From Actinomycetota bacterium (GTDB lineage: Bacteria > Actinomycetota > Thermoleophilia > Gaiellales > F1-60-MAGs149), in contig VFJZ01000035.1 in NCBI GenBank assembly GCA_009885805.1, forward strand, positions 10,107-74,106: a stretch of DNA of 64,000 nt. The letters run 5' to 3'. The translations under genes were made by a program, and so were the position numbers. Positions 1 to 9,419 of this stretch are shown here, one piece after another (positions within the stretch are counted from its first letter, which is position 1; each line of letters opens with the position of its first letter). The notes under the pieces are model-generated. The model was not told the DNA's origin, searched no databases, and saw nothing but the letters and a program-made list of their open reading frames with translations.

Positions 1-488
1 CCGATCGTTTCCTCGCGCTCGCCGAGGCTCTGCGAGATACGGGCGCGACGTTCATGGTCGTCGGCGACGGCGCGTCGTTGCCGGCGCTGCGCGACTCTCC
101 GGTCGCGCAGCGCCTCGGCGATCGCCTGGTGTTCACCGGGTACCGGGAGGACGTCGCGGCCGTCTATCGCTCGAGCGACGTCGTCGTGCTGACATCGGAC
201 AACGAGGGCACGCCGGTAAGCCTGATCGAGGCAGCCGCCTGCGGCCTGCCCGTCGTCGGCACGGACGTCGGCGGCGTGCGCAGCGTCGTCGTCGACGGCG
301 AGACGGGCTACGTTGTCGGCCCGGACGACGCGCCGGGTCTGGCGGCTGCGGTCCGGCGCCTCCTCGACGACCAGACACTCCGCCAGCGGTTCGGCGCAGC
401 AGGCCGGCAGCGCGTTGTGGAGCGGTTCTCCGGCGATCGGCTGGCCGCAGATCACGACGCGCTGTATCGGCGGCTGCTTGGAACGTAG
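1..488 (+). CDS. Glycosyltransferase family 4 (GT-B fold), C-terminal part; 5' end lies outside the window
   Basis: Track ORF 54..488; motif SDNEGTPVSLIEAAACGLPVVGTDVGG...DGETGYVV is the typical GT4 EX7E region; strong GC3 bias. Confidence 0.8.
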   Translation, partial: DRFLALAEALRDTGATFMVVGDGASLPALRDSPVAQRLGDRLVFTGYREDVAAVYRSSDVVVLTSDNEGTPVSLIEAAACGLPVVGTDVGGVRSVVVDGETGYVVGPDDAPGLAAAVRRLLDDQTLRQRFGAAGRQRVVERFSGDRLAADHDALYRRLLGT

Positions 489-508
489 GGGCCTGGCCCC
501 AACGTCCC
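480..508. repeat. REP-like GC-rich palindromic hairpin, diverged copy, overlapping the stop codon of the glycosyltransferase
   Basis: ggaacgtaggggcctggccccaacgtccc shares the core ggggcctggcccc and the gtccc end with the 27064 and 47971 copies; arms pair imperfectly. Confidence 0.45.
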
Positions 509-566
509 ACAACGCCGACGGCCCGGCAGGAGCCGGGCCGTCAACGGGGGGGTTGCCGCTTAGGAG

Positions 567-950
567 CTAGGCGGTCTCGTCGCGCCGGCCGGAGCGGCGA
601 AGTACGAAGCCGGCGATGAGGAGCGTGGAACCGATCAGGGCGAACGTGACCATCTCGGCGCCGGTGAAGGGCAGGTCGCCGGAGCCGGCGGTGCCTTCCG
701 TCTGCGAACCGAGAGCGGACTTGACGGCCTCGACGCCACCCTTGCCGCCGTAGGTCTTCAAGAGCGGACTCGCGAGTGCGGCCTCGAGATCGGCCTGGGA
801 GTACGAGCCGTCGATGCGTCCGTCTTTCGCGTCAGAGACGATGTCGTCGACGGTCGAAGCGGAGGCGGCAGGCACGAGGGCCAGCACCAGTGCCGCGATG
901 GCGGCCAGAAAAACAATTCTGCGCGGAAACTTGAAACTCTTGGTCATCAT
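567..950 (-). CDS. Small secreted protein with LPXTG-type sortase anchor
   Basis: ATGATG start at 950 (MMTKSFKFPRRIVFLAAIAALVLALVPAASA signal peptide); C-terminus LPFTG + hydrophobic AEMVTFALIGSTLLIAGFVL + RRSGRR tail. Confidence 0.65.
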   Translation of the reverse strand: MMTKSFKFPRRIVFLAAIAALVLALVPAASASTVDDIVSDAKDGRIDGSYSQADLEAALASPLLKTYGGKGGVEAVKSALGSQTEGTAGSGDLPFTGAEMVTFALIGSTLLIAGFVLRRSGRRDETA

Positions 951-1254
951 CTGGAAATCTACCCCTCTCGTGGCGATTATGCAACTGTATCGCCGACTCG
1001 GTATACCCATTTTACGGACGGTATCGGTCGGCGCCTGACCTTCGAACCTGATTCCTCGCTGTTCCTTACGGCGCCACCCTACATTCCAGCGGCGAGTCGC
1101 GGGCATCCCTCAGAAGGGTGAATCACGTCCAGCATGCGGCAGATGGGGAGCCCGAGCCATCCGGGGATTCGCCTACTCGGCGGGCGGCAAGCCCGTGACG
1201 GACTGGCGGCCGGCCGCCTGACGGTCTAGGCTTCCGCGCATCGTCGGAGGAGGC

Positions 1255-3150
1255 GTGATGAGACGCACGATGCGCAGGCGGACGGCCGGGCTGATCGCGC
1301 TGGCCGCCATTGGCCTGGCGGCCACGATCACAGCGATCGCGCCGCTGGCGACGGCGGAGGACGCGCCGGCCACGAACGACTGGCGAGTCGGCTACGACCA
1401 GGAGTTCGACAACCAACTCAACCCGTTCGCGTCGCAGTTCACGTCGAACTACTTCGTCTTCACCGAGGTCTACGACCTGCTGATCAACTTCGCGATCAAG
1501 GACAACTCGCCCGACTACGAGAACAGCCCCGCCGTCTCCGCCGAATCCTCGCCCGACGGCAAGGTCTGGACCTACAAGCTCCGCGAAGACGTCAAGTGGG
1601 CCGACGGCGTTCCCTTCACGGCCGACGACGTCGTCTGGACGCTGCAGACGGTCGTCGACACCGCCGAGGACCCCGGCAACGTGCTGTCGCAGTACCTGCC
1701 GACGCCGGACAGCATCGAGAAGGTCGACGCCTACACGGTGCGGATCACCCTGCCCGAGCCGAACGTCCGCATGACCTCGATGTACATCCCGATGCTGCCG
1801 AAGCACATCTGGGAGAACGTCGAGAAGGCGAAGATCAAGGACTTCGACCCGTTCACGGAGATAACCGACGCCGAGACCGGTGAGAAGAAGAAGGCGATCA
1901 TCGGCACCGGGCCGTTCATGGTCACGAAGGTCGACAAGACCGGCACCACCATCCTCGAGCGGAACCCCTACTTCTACGGGCCGAAGGGTGAGATCGACCG
2001 GCTTCTGATGGTCAAGTACGGCGACAAGAACGCGCAGCTCCAGGACACGAAGCTCGGCACGCTCGACGCGATCCTGTCCGGTGAGACGAAGTGGGTGAAG
2101 GGCGAGGAGGGCAACGGTGACATCACCGTCTGGTCGTACCCGAGCCCGGGCTTCTCCGAGATCGCCTTCAACAGCTGCGTCGCCGGCGTCGAGGCGTCGG
2201 TCTGTACGAACCCGGGCGCTGACGTCTCCAAGGCCGTCCAGGACGTCTCGCTCCGCCAGGCGCTGTACTACGCGCTGAACCGCAAGGACGTGCTCGATGT
2301 CGTCCTCCAGGGTCAGGGCACGGTCGGCAACGGCCTCATCTCGCCCTATTACGCCCGTTACTACCAGGACTTCTCGCAGGAACCCGACATCGCGTACGCG
2401 TACGACCCGGAGAAGGCGAAGCAGGTCCTCAGCGCCGGCGGCTGGGCCTGCCCGACCGGCGGCGGGATCTGCGAGAAGGGCGGCGTCAAGGCCTCCTTCG
2501 AGCTGCTCGTGCGACAGAACAACGACGACGACCAGAACGCCGCCCAGCGGTACGCGGCAGACGCCAAGGCCGTCGGCATCGAGATGAAGCTCGCCGTCGT
2601 CTCCGAGGACCAGATCAACGAGCGGATCTACCCGACCAGCCCGACGGACGAGAACAAGTACGAGCCGACCTTCGACGCCTTCTACTGGGGTTGGGGCGGC
2701 GACAACGACTCGCCGCACTTCAACCTCGACGTGCTCGTCTGCGGCTCGTTCTGGCAGGACTCGATGTACTGCAACCCGGAGTACGACACGCTCGTCGCCG
2801 ACGCGCTGAAAGAACTCGACTTCACGAAGCGTCTCGAGCTGATGCACCAGGCAGAGAAGATCGCGCTGCGCGACGCGCCGTACCTGATCACGGATCACGT
2901 GAACACCATCGCCGTGACGCGCAATGACACCTGGGAGGGCTACGTTCCGCAGCCCGAGGGCACGGGCGCCCCATTCGCCTACTCGTGGCTGCAGCTGCAG
3001 CTGATCACGAAGGCGGGCGGCGGTGGCGGCGGCTCGAACACGGGCGTGATCGTCGCCGTCGTCGGCGGCCTCGTGGCGCTCGTGGCGATCGGCGCGCTCG
3101 TCATGCGCCGTCGCGAGAAGGCAGAGCCGGTCGAGCTGGAACAGGAGTAA
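1255..3150 (+). CDS. ABC transporter substrate-binding protein, family 5 (peptide/nickel, DppA/OppA-like) with C-terminal TM anchor
   Basis: RBS ggaggagg at 1246; Arg-rich signal MMRRTMRRRTAGLIALAAIG; family-5 SBP-like body; C-terminal GGGGGGSNTGVIVAVVGGLVALVAIGALVMRRRE. Confidence 0.9.
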   Translation: MMRRTMRRRTAGLIALAAIGLAATITAIAPLATAEDAPATNDWRVGYDQEFDNQLNPFASQFTSNYFVFTEVYDLLINFAIKDNSPDYENSPAVSAESSPDGKVWTYKLREDVKWADGVPFTADDVVWTLQTVVDTAEDPGNVLSQYLPTPDSIEKVDAYTVRITLPEPNVRMTSMYIPMLPKHIWENVEKAKIKDFDPFTEITDAETGEKKKAIIGTGPFMVTKVDKTGTTILERNPYFYGPKGEIDRLLMVKYGDKNAQLQDTKLGTLDAILSGETKWVKGEEGNGDITVWSYPSPGFSEIAFNSCVAGVEASVCTNPGADVSKAVQDVSLRQALYYALNRKDVLDVVLQGQGTVGNGLISPYYARYYQDFSQEPDIAYAYDPEKAKQVLSAGGWACPTGGGICEKGGVKASFELLVRQNNDDDQNAAQRYAADAKAVGIEMKLAVVSEDQINERIYPTSPTDENKYEPTFDAFYWGWGGDNDSPHFNLDVLVCGSFWQDSMYCNPEYDTLVADALKELDFTKRLELMHQAEKIALRDAPYLITDHVNTIAVTRNDTWEGYVPQPEGTGAPFAYSWLQLQLITKAGGGGGGSNTGVIVAVVGGLVALVAIGALVMRRREKAEPVELEQE

Positions 3151-3154
3151 GCGC

Positions 3155-4117
3155 GTGTCGTGGCGGCACGTCGGCTCCCGGGCGCTGGTCGCGCTCGGGA
3201 CGCTCGCCTTCGTGCTCGTCTTCAACTTCTTCCTGTTCCGGGCCGTCGGCGACCCGAAGAAGGACCTCATCCGCAGTCGGCTGACGCCGGCGGCGAAGGA
3301 GGCCCTCCTCAAGGAGCGCGGCCTCGACCGGGACAAGCTGACGCAGTTCCGGATCTACCTCTCCCAGACCCTGCGCGGTGACCTCGGCACGTCCTTCACG
3401 AGCCGCAAGCCGGTCCTCGACGAGGTGCTCGGTGCCCTGCCGAACACGCTGATGCTGGTCGGCGTCGCGACGCTGCTGTCGGCGTTCATCGGCGGCTGGA
3501 TGGGGGTGATCGCCGCCTCCCGGCGCGGCAGCGCCTGGGACACGGCGCTCACGCAGGGCAGTCTCGTCTTCTGGTCGATGCCCTTCTTCTTCATCGCGAT
3601 CATCTTCATCTGGATCTTCGCCGTGAAGCTCGGCGCCTTCCCGACCGGCCTGAAATCGACGCCGGGTGGTCCGACGAGCGGGTTCGCGTACTACCGCGAC
3701 GTCTTCGAGCACGCGCTCCTGCCGGTGACGACGCTGACGATCAGCCTGCTGGCGCAGTACACCGTCGTCATGCGAGCCACGGTGTCCGACGTCATGAACG
3801 AGGACTACATCACGACCGGCCGCGCGATCGGCCTGCCGGCGCGGCTCGTGATGCGCCGCCACGCCGTACCGAACGCGCTCCTGCCCTTCGTGACGCTGTT
3901 CGCGCTCAACATCGGCTTCGTCCTCAGCGGCGCGTTCGTGATCGAATCCGTCTTCAGCTGGCCGGGGATCGGCGACCTCGGCATCGAGGCGATCGGCAAC
4001 AAGGACTACCCGGTCCTGCAGGGCACGTTCCTGGTCGCGTCCGCCGCGGTGATCGTGGCCAACTTCGCGACCGACCTGGTCTACGGCCTCCTCGATCCCC
4101 GTGTGAGGACGGCCTGA
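3155..4117 (+). CDS. ABC transporter permease (DppB/OppB-like)
   Basis: 320 aa, multi-TM, typical N-terminal FNFFLFRAVGDP and C-terminal DLVYGLLDPRVR motifs of BPD peptide permeases. Confidence 0.9.
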   Translation: MSWRHVGSRALVALGTLAFVLVFNFFLFRAVGDPKKDLIRSRLTPAAKEALLKERGLDRDKLTQFRIYLSQTLRGDLGTSFTSRKPVLDEVLGALPNTLMLVGVATLLSAFIGGWMGVIAASRRGSAWDTALTQGSLVFWSMPFFFIAIIFIWIFAVKLGAFPTGLKSTPGGPTSGFAYYRDVFEHALLPVTTLTISLLAQYTVVMRATVSDVMNEDYITTGRAIGLPARLVMRRHAVPNALLPFVTLFALNIGFVLSGAFVIESVFSWPGIGDLGIEAIGNKDYPVLQGTFLVASAAVIVANFATDLVYGLLDPRVRTA

Positions 4118-4118
4118 C

Positions 4119-5045
4119 GTGGCGGCCGAACCCGCGATCAGCGCTGCCGGCGGCACCGCGCGCGCCCTCGCCGCGACGCGGCGGACGCTGAGCCTGATCT
4201 GGAGTTCGAGGCGCGGCCGGATCGGGCTCAGCATCCTCGTCGTCTTCACCCTCGCCGCGCTGCTCTCGCCCGTGCTCGCGCCGGAGGACCCGACGCGCGA
4301 CTTCGGTAGCGAGATCCTCGCGCCGCCGAGCAGCGACCACCTCCTCGGCACCGACGGGAACGGCGCGGACGTCCTCTCGGGCGTCCTCATCGGTGCCCGC
4401 GTCTCGATGGCGGTCGGCTTCGCGGCCGCCATCATCTCCGGTGTCATCGGCGCGTTCGTCGGCGTCGTCTCCGGCTACTACGGCGGCTGGATCGACCGGA
4501 CACTGACGGCGATCGACGACTGGTTCCTGGTGATCCCGTTCCTCCCCTTCGCGATCGTCGTCGCGACTGCACTGGGGCGGGTCGCCGACGACTGGCCGGG
4601 CGGCCGCGTGACGCTCCTGATCATCGTCATCGGCATGCTCTCGTGGGCCGGGACCTCGCGACTCGTCCGCAGCCAGGTGCTGTCGCTGAAGGAGCGGCAG
4701 TTCGTGGAACGCGCCAAGGCGCTCGGCGCGTCGCCGGGCTGGATCGTCCGCAAGCACATCCTCCCGAACGTGATGCCGCTCGTCTTCGCGAACACGGTCC
4801 TGATCGTCTCCGCGACGATCCTTGCGGAGTCGACGCTGGCATTTGTCGGCCTCGGCGACCCGCTGCGACCGTCCTGGGGGACGATGCTCGAGAAGGCGAA
4901 CGACTCCGGCGCGGTCGCGACCGGCGCCTGGTGGTTCTTCCTCCCGCCGGGCATCGGCATCGTGCTCGTGGTGCTCGGCTTCACGCTCGTCGGCTACGCG
5001 ATCGAGGAGATCGTCAATCCGCGGCTGAGGGAGCGGCGCGGGTGA
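4119..5045 (+). CDS. ABC transporter permease (DppC/OppC-like)
   Basis: 308 aa, HLLGTDGNGADVLSGVL motif, EAA-loop-like region ERAKALGASPGWIVRKHILPN; 1-nt gap to the preceding gene. Confidence 0.9.
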   Translation: MAAEPAISAAGGTARALAATRRTLSLIWSSRRGRIGLSILVVFTLAALLSPVLAPEDPTRDFGSEILAPPSSDHLLGTDGNGADVLSGVLIGARVSMAVGFAAAIISGVIGAFVGVVSGYYGGWIDRTLTAIDDWFLVIPFLPFAIVVATALGRVADDWPGGRVTLLIIVIGMLSWAGTSRLVRSQVLSLKERQFVERAKALGASPGWIVRKHILPNVMPLVFANTVLIVSATILAESTLAFVGLGDPLRPSWGTMLEKANDSGAVATGAWWFFLPPGIGIVLVVLGFTLVGYAIEEIVNPRLRERRG

Positions 5046-6064
5046 GTGCATCGGCGCCCGACCTGCCCGCCGACGTCCTTCTGGACGTCCGCGACCTCGC
5101 GGTCGCGTACCGGAACGGACGCGGCGAGGAGGTGCGTATAGTCGACGGCGTCAGCTTCCAGGTGCGGCGTGGTGAGGCGTTCGGTCTGGCCGGGGAGTCG
5201 GGGTGCGGCAAGACGACGACGGCGCTGGCGCTACTCGGTCTGCTGCCGACCAGCCTCTACCGGCCGACAGGCGAGATCCTGCTCAACGCCGCGGACGGCC
5301 TCGTCTCGATCCACAAGCGCACCGAGCGTGGCATGCAGCAGGTGCGCTGGGCGAAGGTCTCGATGGTGTTCCAGGGAGCGATGAACGCGCTCGACCCGGT
5401 GATGCGTGTCTCGAATCAGATCGGCGAGGCGATCCGTCTGCACGAACCCGGAATCGATCGCCGCGGCGTCGAGGAGCGGATCGCGGAGCTGTTCGGGTAC
5501 GTCGGCATCGCCGCAGCGCGTTCGCGGCAGTACCCGCACGAGTTCTCCGGCGGCATGCGTCAGCGCGTGATGATCGCCCTCGCTCTGGCCTGCAAGCCCG
5601 AACTCGTGATCGGTGACGAGCCGACCACGGCGCTCGACGTGATGATGCAGGCGCAGATCCTGCAGCTGCTCGAGGATCTCCGTCGCGACCTCGGCCTGTC
5701 GCTGATCCTGATCACGCACGACCTGTCGGTGCTGGCCGAGACGTGCGATCGGGTCGCGATCATGTACGCCGGCGAGATCGCCGAGATCGGCACCGTGCGC
5801 GACCTCTACGCGAAGCCAGAGCACCCGTACACCCAGCGGTTGCTCGCTGCGTTCCCGGCCGTCGGCGGACCGCGGCAGCTGGCGCCGGCGATCGGCGGCG
5901 TGCCTCCGGACCCGGCCGACCAGCCGACCGGCTGCCGCTTCGCCCCACGTTGCCATCGCGTACAGGACATCTGCGCGGCGCAGGCGCCGGCGCTGCGCGC
6001 ACTCGACGACGAGCGCGCCGCCCGCTGCCACTTCGCGCCGTGGCCGACCGGGAGCACGACGTGA
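5042..6064 (+). CDS. ABC transporter ATP-binding protein (DppD/OppD-like)
   Basis: GTG 5042 overlaps the permease stop (GTGA); Walker A GESGCGKTT, signature FSGGMRQRV, Walker B IGDEPTTALD; C-terminal PTGCRFAPRC oligopeptide-type motif. Confidence 0.9.
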   Translation: MSASAPDLPADVLLDVRDLAVAYRNGRGEEVRIVDGVSFQVRRGEAFGLAGESGCGKTTTALALLGLLPTSLYRPTGEILLNAADGLVSIHKRTERGMQQVRWAKVSMVFQGAMNALDPVMRVSNQIGEAIRLHEPGIDRRGVEERIAELFGYVGIAAARSRQYPHEFSGGMRQRVMIALALACKPELVIGDEPTTALDVMMQAQILQLLEDLRRDLGLSLILITHDLSVLAETCDRVAIMYAGEIAEIGTVRDLYAKPEHPYTQRLLAAFPAVGGPRQLAPAIGGVPPDPADQPTGCRFAPRCHRVQDICAAQAPALRALDDERAARCHFAPWPTGSTT

Positions 6065-7041
6065 GCACCACCGCGACGACGCCGCTCTTCGAGGTCCGCG
6101 ACCTGCAGGTCCACTTCCCGATCCGCCGCTCCGGTGGTCAGGTCGCCCGGGCGCTCGATGGTGTCGACCTGGAATGGCGCCGCGGCGAGGTGCTCGGCAT
6201 CGTCGGCGAGTCCGGCTGCGGGAAGTCGACGCTCGGACGCGCGCTGCTCGGCCTGCAGGCGACGACGTCGGGAGAGATCCTCGTCGACGGCGAGCCGCTC
6301 GAGGACGCCGATCTCCGCGCCGTTCGGCGACGCGTGCAGATGGTCTTCCAGGACCCGTACCAGTCGCTCAACCCGCGCCAGACGGTCGGCGCCCAGGTAC
6401 TGGAGCCCCTGGCGATCCACGGCATCGGAGCGCGTGGGGCCGACCGGATCGCCCGCGGCGTCGCCGTGCTCGAAGCCGCCGGGCTGCGGCCGGCGGCGCG
6501 CTTCTGGGATCGCTACCCGCACGAGCTGTCGGGCGGGCAGCGGCAGCGCGTCGTGATCGCGGCGGCGATGGCCCTTCAGCCCGAGGCGCTGATCTGCGAC
6601 GAGCCCGTGTCCGCCCTCGACGTGTCGGTCCGTGCGCAGGTTCTGCATGTGCTCATGACCCTGAAACGCGAGCGTGGCCTCAGCCTGATCTTCATCACCC
6701 ACGACCTCGGCCTCGCCTGGGCGCTCTGCGACCGCATCGCCGTGATGTACCTCGGGCGGATGGTCGAGACCGGCACCGCCGAGCAAGTGATCGGCGACCC
6801 GCGCCACCCGTATACGAAGGCGCTGCTCTCGGTCGTGCCGTCGCCGTTCCCGCGCGACCGCGTCCGACGCGAGATCCTCGCCGGCGAGTTACCCGACGCG
6901 TCGCGGATCCCCACCGGCTGTCGCTTCCACCCGCGCTGCCCCGCCGCTTTCGACCGCTGCCGCAGCGACGACCCGAGGACGCTCGCGGCCGTCGCCGGAG
7001 CGGACGGGCACCGCGCCGCCTGCTGGCTCGTCGATGGCTGA
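6061..7041 (+). CDS. ABC transporter ATP-binding protein (DppF/OppF-like)
   Basis: GTG 6061 overlaps the previous stop; Walker A GESGCGKST, LSGGQRQRV, ICDEPVSALD, PTGCRFHPRC. Confidence 0.9.
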   Translation: MSTTATTPLFEVRDLQVHFPIRRSGGQVARALDGVDLEWRRGEVLGIVGESGCGKSTLGRALLGLQATTSGEILVDGEPLEDADLRAVRRRVQMVFQDPYQSLNPRQTVGAQVLEPLAIHGIGARGADRIARGVAVLEAAGLRPAARFWDRYPHELSGGQRQRVVIAAAMALQPEALICDEPVSALDVSVRAQVLHVLMTLKRERGLSLIFITHDLGLAWALCDRIAVMYLGRMVETGTAEQVIGDPRHPYTKALLSVVPSPFPRDRVRREILAGELPDASRIPTGCRFHPRCPAAFDRCRSDDPRTLAAVAGADGHRAACWLVDG

Positions 7042-7876
7042 GCCGGCACCGGACATGCGCGGCAAGCCGCGCGTCGACTACGGCGAGCACACCTGGCTCG
7101 AGTTGCGCGAACTCGCCCGCCGGGACGACGTCGTCTGCGTCATCCCCGCCGCGACGCTGGAGGATCACGGCTACCACCTGCCGATCGATACGGACGTCCG
7201 TCTCGTGGAGGCGATCACGCGCGGCGCGGTCGAGCGGTTCAACGGTCGCAGCGACGCGCGCGCGCTGCTCTGCCCCACCCAGGTGCATGGCTACACGCCG
7301 CACCACCTCGACTTCCCCGGCTCCGTGACGCTGCGCTGGAACGTCTTCGTCGAGAGCCTCCTCGACCAGGGGCGGAGCCTCATCCATCACGGCTTCCGTC
7401 GGATCCTGATCGTGAATGGACATGGCTCGAACATCCCGCTCGTGAACATGGCGGCGCGGCTCCTCAACGTCGAGCATCGCGACGCGATCTGCGCGTCGAG
7501 CTTCTACCTGACGAGCCCGGCGTCGCTGGCCTCACTGGAGCAGCACCGGACGAGCGGAGCGGGCGGCATGGCACATGCCTGCGAACTCGAGACGAGCCTG
7601 TACCTCGCGGTGCGGCCGGACCTCGTCCAGATGGATCTGGCCGTGACCGAGATCCCGGCCGACTACACCGAACACGTGCATATGGACTGGACCGATGGAC
7701 CGCTGTCGCTGATGCCCCACTGGAGCGCGATCACGGAGTCAGGGGTGACCGGCGACGCCGCGGCGGCAACCGCGGAGAAGGGCGAGATCTGGCTCGACCG
7801 CGCGCGGGAGGAGATCGCCGAATTCATCGCCGAAGTCGCCGTCAGGCCACGGAACCGCGGCCGGGATCACCACTGA
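7034..7876 (+). CDS. Creatininase (creatinine amidohydrolase) family protein
   Basis: ATG 7034 overlaps the DppF-like stop by 8 nt; motifs IPAATLEDHGYHLPIDTD and ILIVNGHGSN typical of the creatininase family. Confidence 0.8.
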   Translation: MAEPAPDMRGKPRVDYGEHTWLELRELARRDDVVCVIPAATLEDHGYHLPIDTDVRLVEAITRGAVERFNGRSDARALLCPTQVHGYTPHHLDFPGSVTLRWNVFVESLLDQGRSLIHHGFRRILIVNGHGSNIPLVNMAARLLNVEHRDAICASSFYLTSPASLASLEQHRTSGAGGMAHACELETSLYLAVRPDLVQMDLAVTEIPADYTEHVHMDWTDGPLSLMPHWSAITESGVTGDAAAATAEKGEIWLDRAREEIAEFIAEVAVRPRNRGRDHH

Positions 7877-7937
7877 CGCAGGCCGTAGCGGTCGTGGAGT
7901 TCAGAACCGCCTGGAAGCTGCCGATACCTGCCCGGAC

Positions 7938-9278
7938 GTGTCGGACGGGAGCGCCGCAGCAGCAGCAGTAGGTGGGGACGCCACCGGCCTGATCGAGGAG
8001 GCGCGGGTCCGGCGGTCGCGACCGATGAGCCGCCGCGAGCTCGCCTGGGGCGCCGGCCGCGCGGCCGTCTTCCTCGTCGGTGCGTCCGCGCTCGCCCTCT
8101 TCGCAGACTCCGGGCGCGCGTTCGAGTGGGACATCGCGCTGATCCTCCTCGTGTTCTACGCGGTGCTGTGGAACATCGAGCTCGAGATCGGGCTCGGCGC
8201 GGCCGTTCCGACGTTGCTCGCGACCACGCCGATGCTCTTCCTGCTGCCGCCCGAGTACGTCCCGCTCCTCTGCCTTGGCGCCGCACTCGCCTCGGAGTGT
8301 CGGTCGCGCCAGGGCGCCGTCCGCTGGCTGCTCGGCACGACCTGGTCGCAGTTCGCCGTCCTCGGCCCGACCGTCGTCTTGCTGGCCGCCGGTGCGAGCG
8401 CCGCGAACTGGAGTGACTGGCCGCTGTACGTCGTCGCCATCGGCAGCTTCGTACTCGTCGACGTCAGCGTGACGATGCTCCAGATGCGGGTCGTCCTGCG
8501 ACGGCGCGGTGGCAGCCGCGACTTCCTGGTCGGATCGGGCGCGGACGTGCTGTTCGCCCTGGTGGCCTTCCTTGGCACCGTCGCCAGCGCCGGGTTCCGG
8601 TACGCCTTCGTCATCCCCTTCAGCCTCGCCCTGGTCTCGGCCGCCCTGAATCGCGAGCGCCGCGTCCGTGTCGACAAGGCGGCGGAGCTGTCCGACGCCT
8701 ACAAGGGCACGGCGCTGCTGCTCGGGGAGATGATCGACGCCGACGACGGCTACACCGGCTACCACAGCCGCGGAGTGGTCGAACTCACCGTCGCGGTCGC
8801 GGTCCAACTGGGCCTCAGCGAGCGAGACTGCCAGTTGGCGGAGTTCGCCGCACTGCTGCACGACGTCGGCAAGGTGAAGGTGCCGAAGGAGATCCTCCAC
8901 AAGGCCGGCCCGCTCAGTTCCGAGGAATGGGACGTGATCCGTCGCCACCCGGGCGACGGCGCCGACATGCTGGCGGGCGCTGGCGGCTTCCTGGCCGAGG
9001 TCGCCGAGGTCGTCCGCCACCACCACGAGCGCTACGACGGCACCGGCTACCCGGCGCGGCTCGCCGGCACCGATATCCCGCTGATCGCACGGATCGTCTG
9101 CGTCTGCGACTCGTTCAGCGCGATCACGACGGACCGCGCATACCGCCGCGGCCGTCCCGTCAACGAGGCGCTCGCCGAGATCCAGGCCCACCGCGGCACC
9201 CAGTTCGACCCGGCTGCGGTCGCCGCTCTGAACAGTGTCCTCGAGCGAGAGGCCGAACTCGAAGCGCGCGCCGCATAG
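7938..9278 (+). CDS. Membrane-anchored HD-GYP domain protein (putative cyclic-di-GMP phosphodiesterase)
   Basis: About 7 predicted TM helices in the first ~230 aa; then HDVGKVKVP, HPGDGADML, HHERYDGTGYP (the HD and GYP motifs). Confidence 0.8.
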   Translation: MSDGSAAAAAVGGDATGLIEEARVRRSRPMSRRELAWGAGRAAVFLVGASALALFADSGRAFEWDIALILLVFYAVLWNIELEIGLGAAVPTLLATTPMLFLLPPEYVPLLCLGAALASECRSRQGAVRWLLGTTWSQFAVLGPTVVLLAAGASAANWSDWPLYVVAIGSFVLVDVSVTMLQMRVVLRRRGGSRDFLVGSGADVLFALVAFLGTVASAGFRYAFVIPFSLALVSAALNRERRVRVDKAAELSDAYKGTALLLGEMIDADDGYTGYHSRGVVELTVAVAVQLGLSERDCQLAEFAALLHDVGKVKVPKEILHKAGPLSSEEWDVIRRHPGDGADMLAGAGGFLAEVAEVVRHHHERYDGTGYPARLAGTDIPLIARIVCVCDSFSAITTDRAYRRGRPVNEALAEIQAHRGTQFDPAAVAALNSVLEREAELEARAA

Positions 9279-9419
9279 CCGACACGTAGCGGAGTAGCGC
9301 GGCCCAGCCAGCCGTGCTAAAAAGGTCGCCGTCCCGTCGGTGGGGATGGAAAGGGGGGCACCCGGTATGACCGGTGCTTTCAGGACCTCAGAAGCCGCTA
9401 AGGGCTGGTAGGTCGACTC

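Noticed and set aside
951-1254. Cobalamin or NiCo riboswitch upstream of the peptide/nickel importer.
   Set aside because: A fragment (ggcaagcccgtgacgg) is only superficially like the B12-element core. I could not find the conserved B12 box or the NiCo four-way-junction motifs.
1123-3336. 737-aa ORF antisense to the SBP gene. Similar long ORFs include 3101..4447(-), 7842..9449(-), 10251..11384(-), 45874..47664(-), 60794..62941(+), 58746..60620(+) and 32069..33487(+).
   Set aside because: Their composition is extremely Arg/Pro/Gly/Asp-rich and they have no motifs. Each lies opposite, or out of frame to, a gene with clear family signatures. These are typical shadow ORFs of a roughly 70% GC genome.
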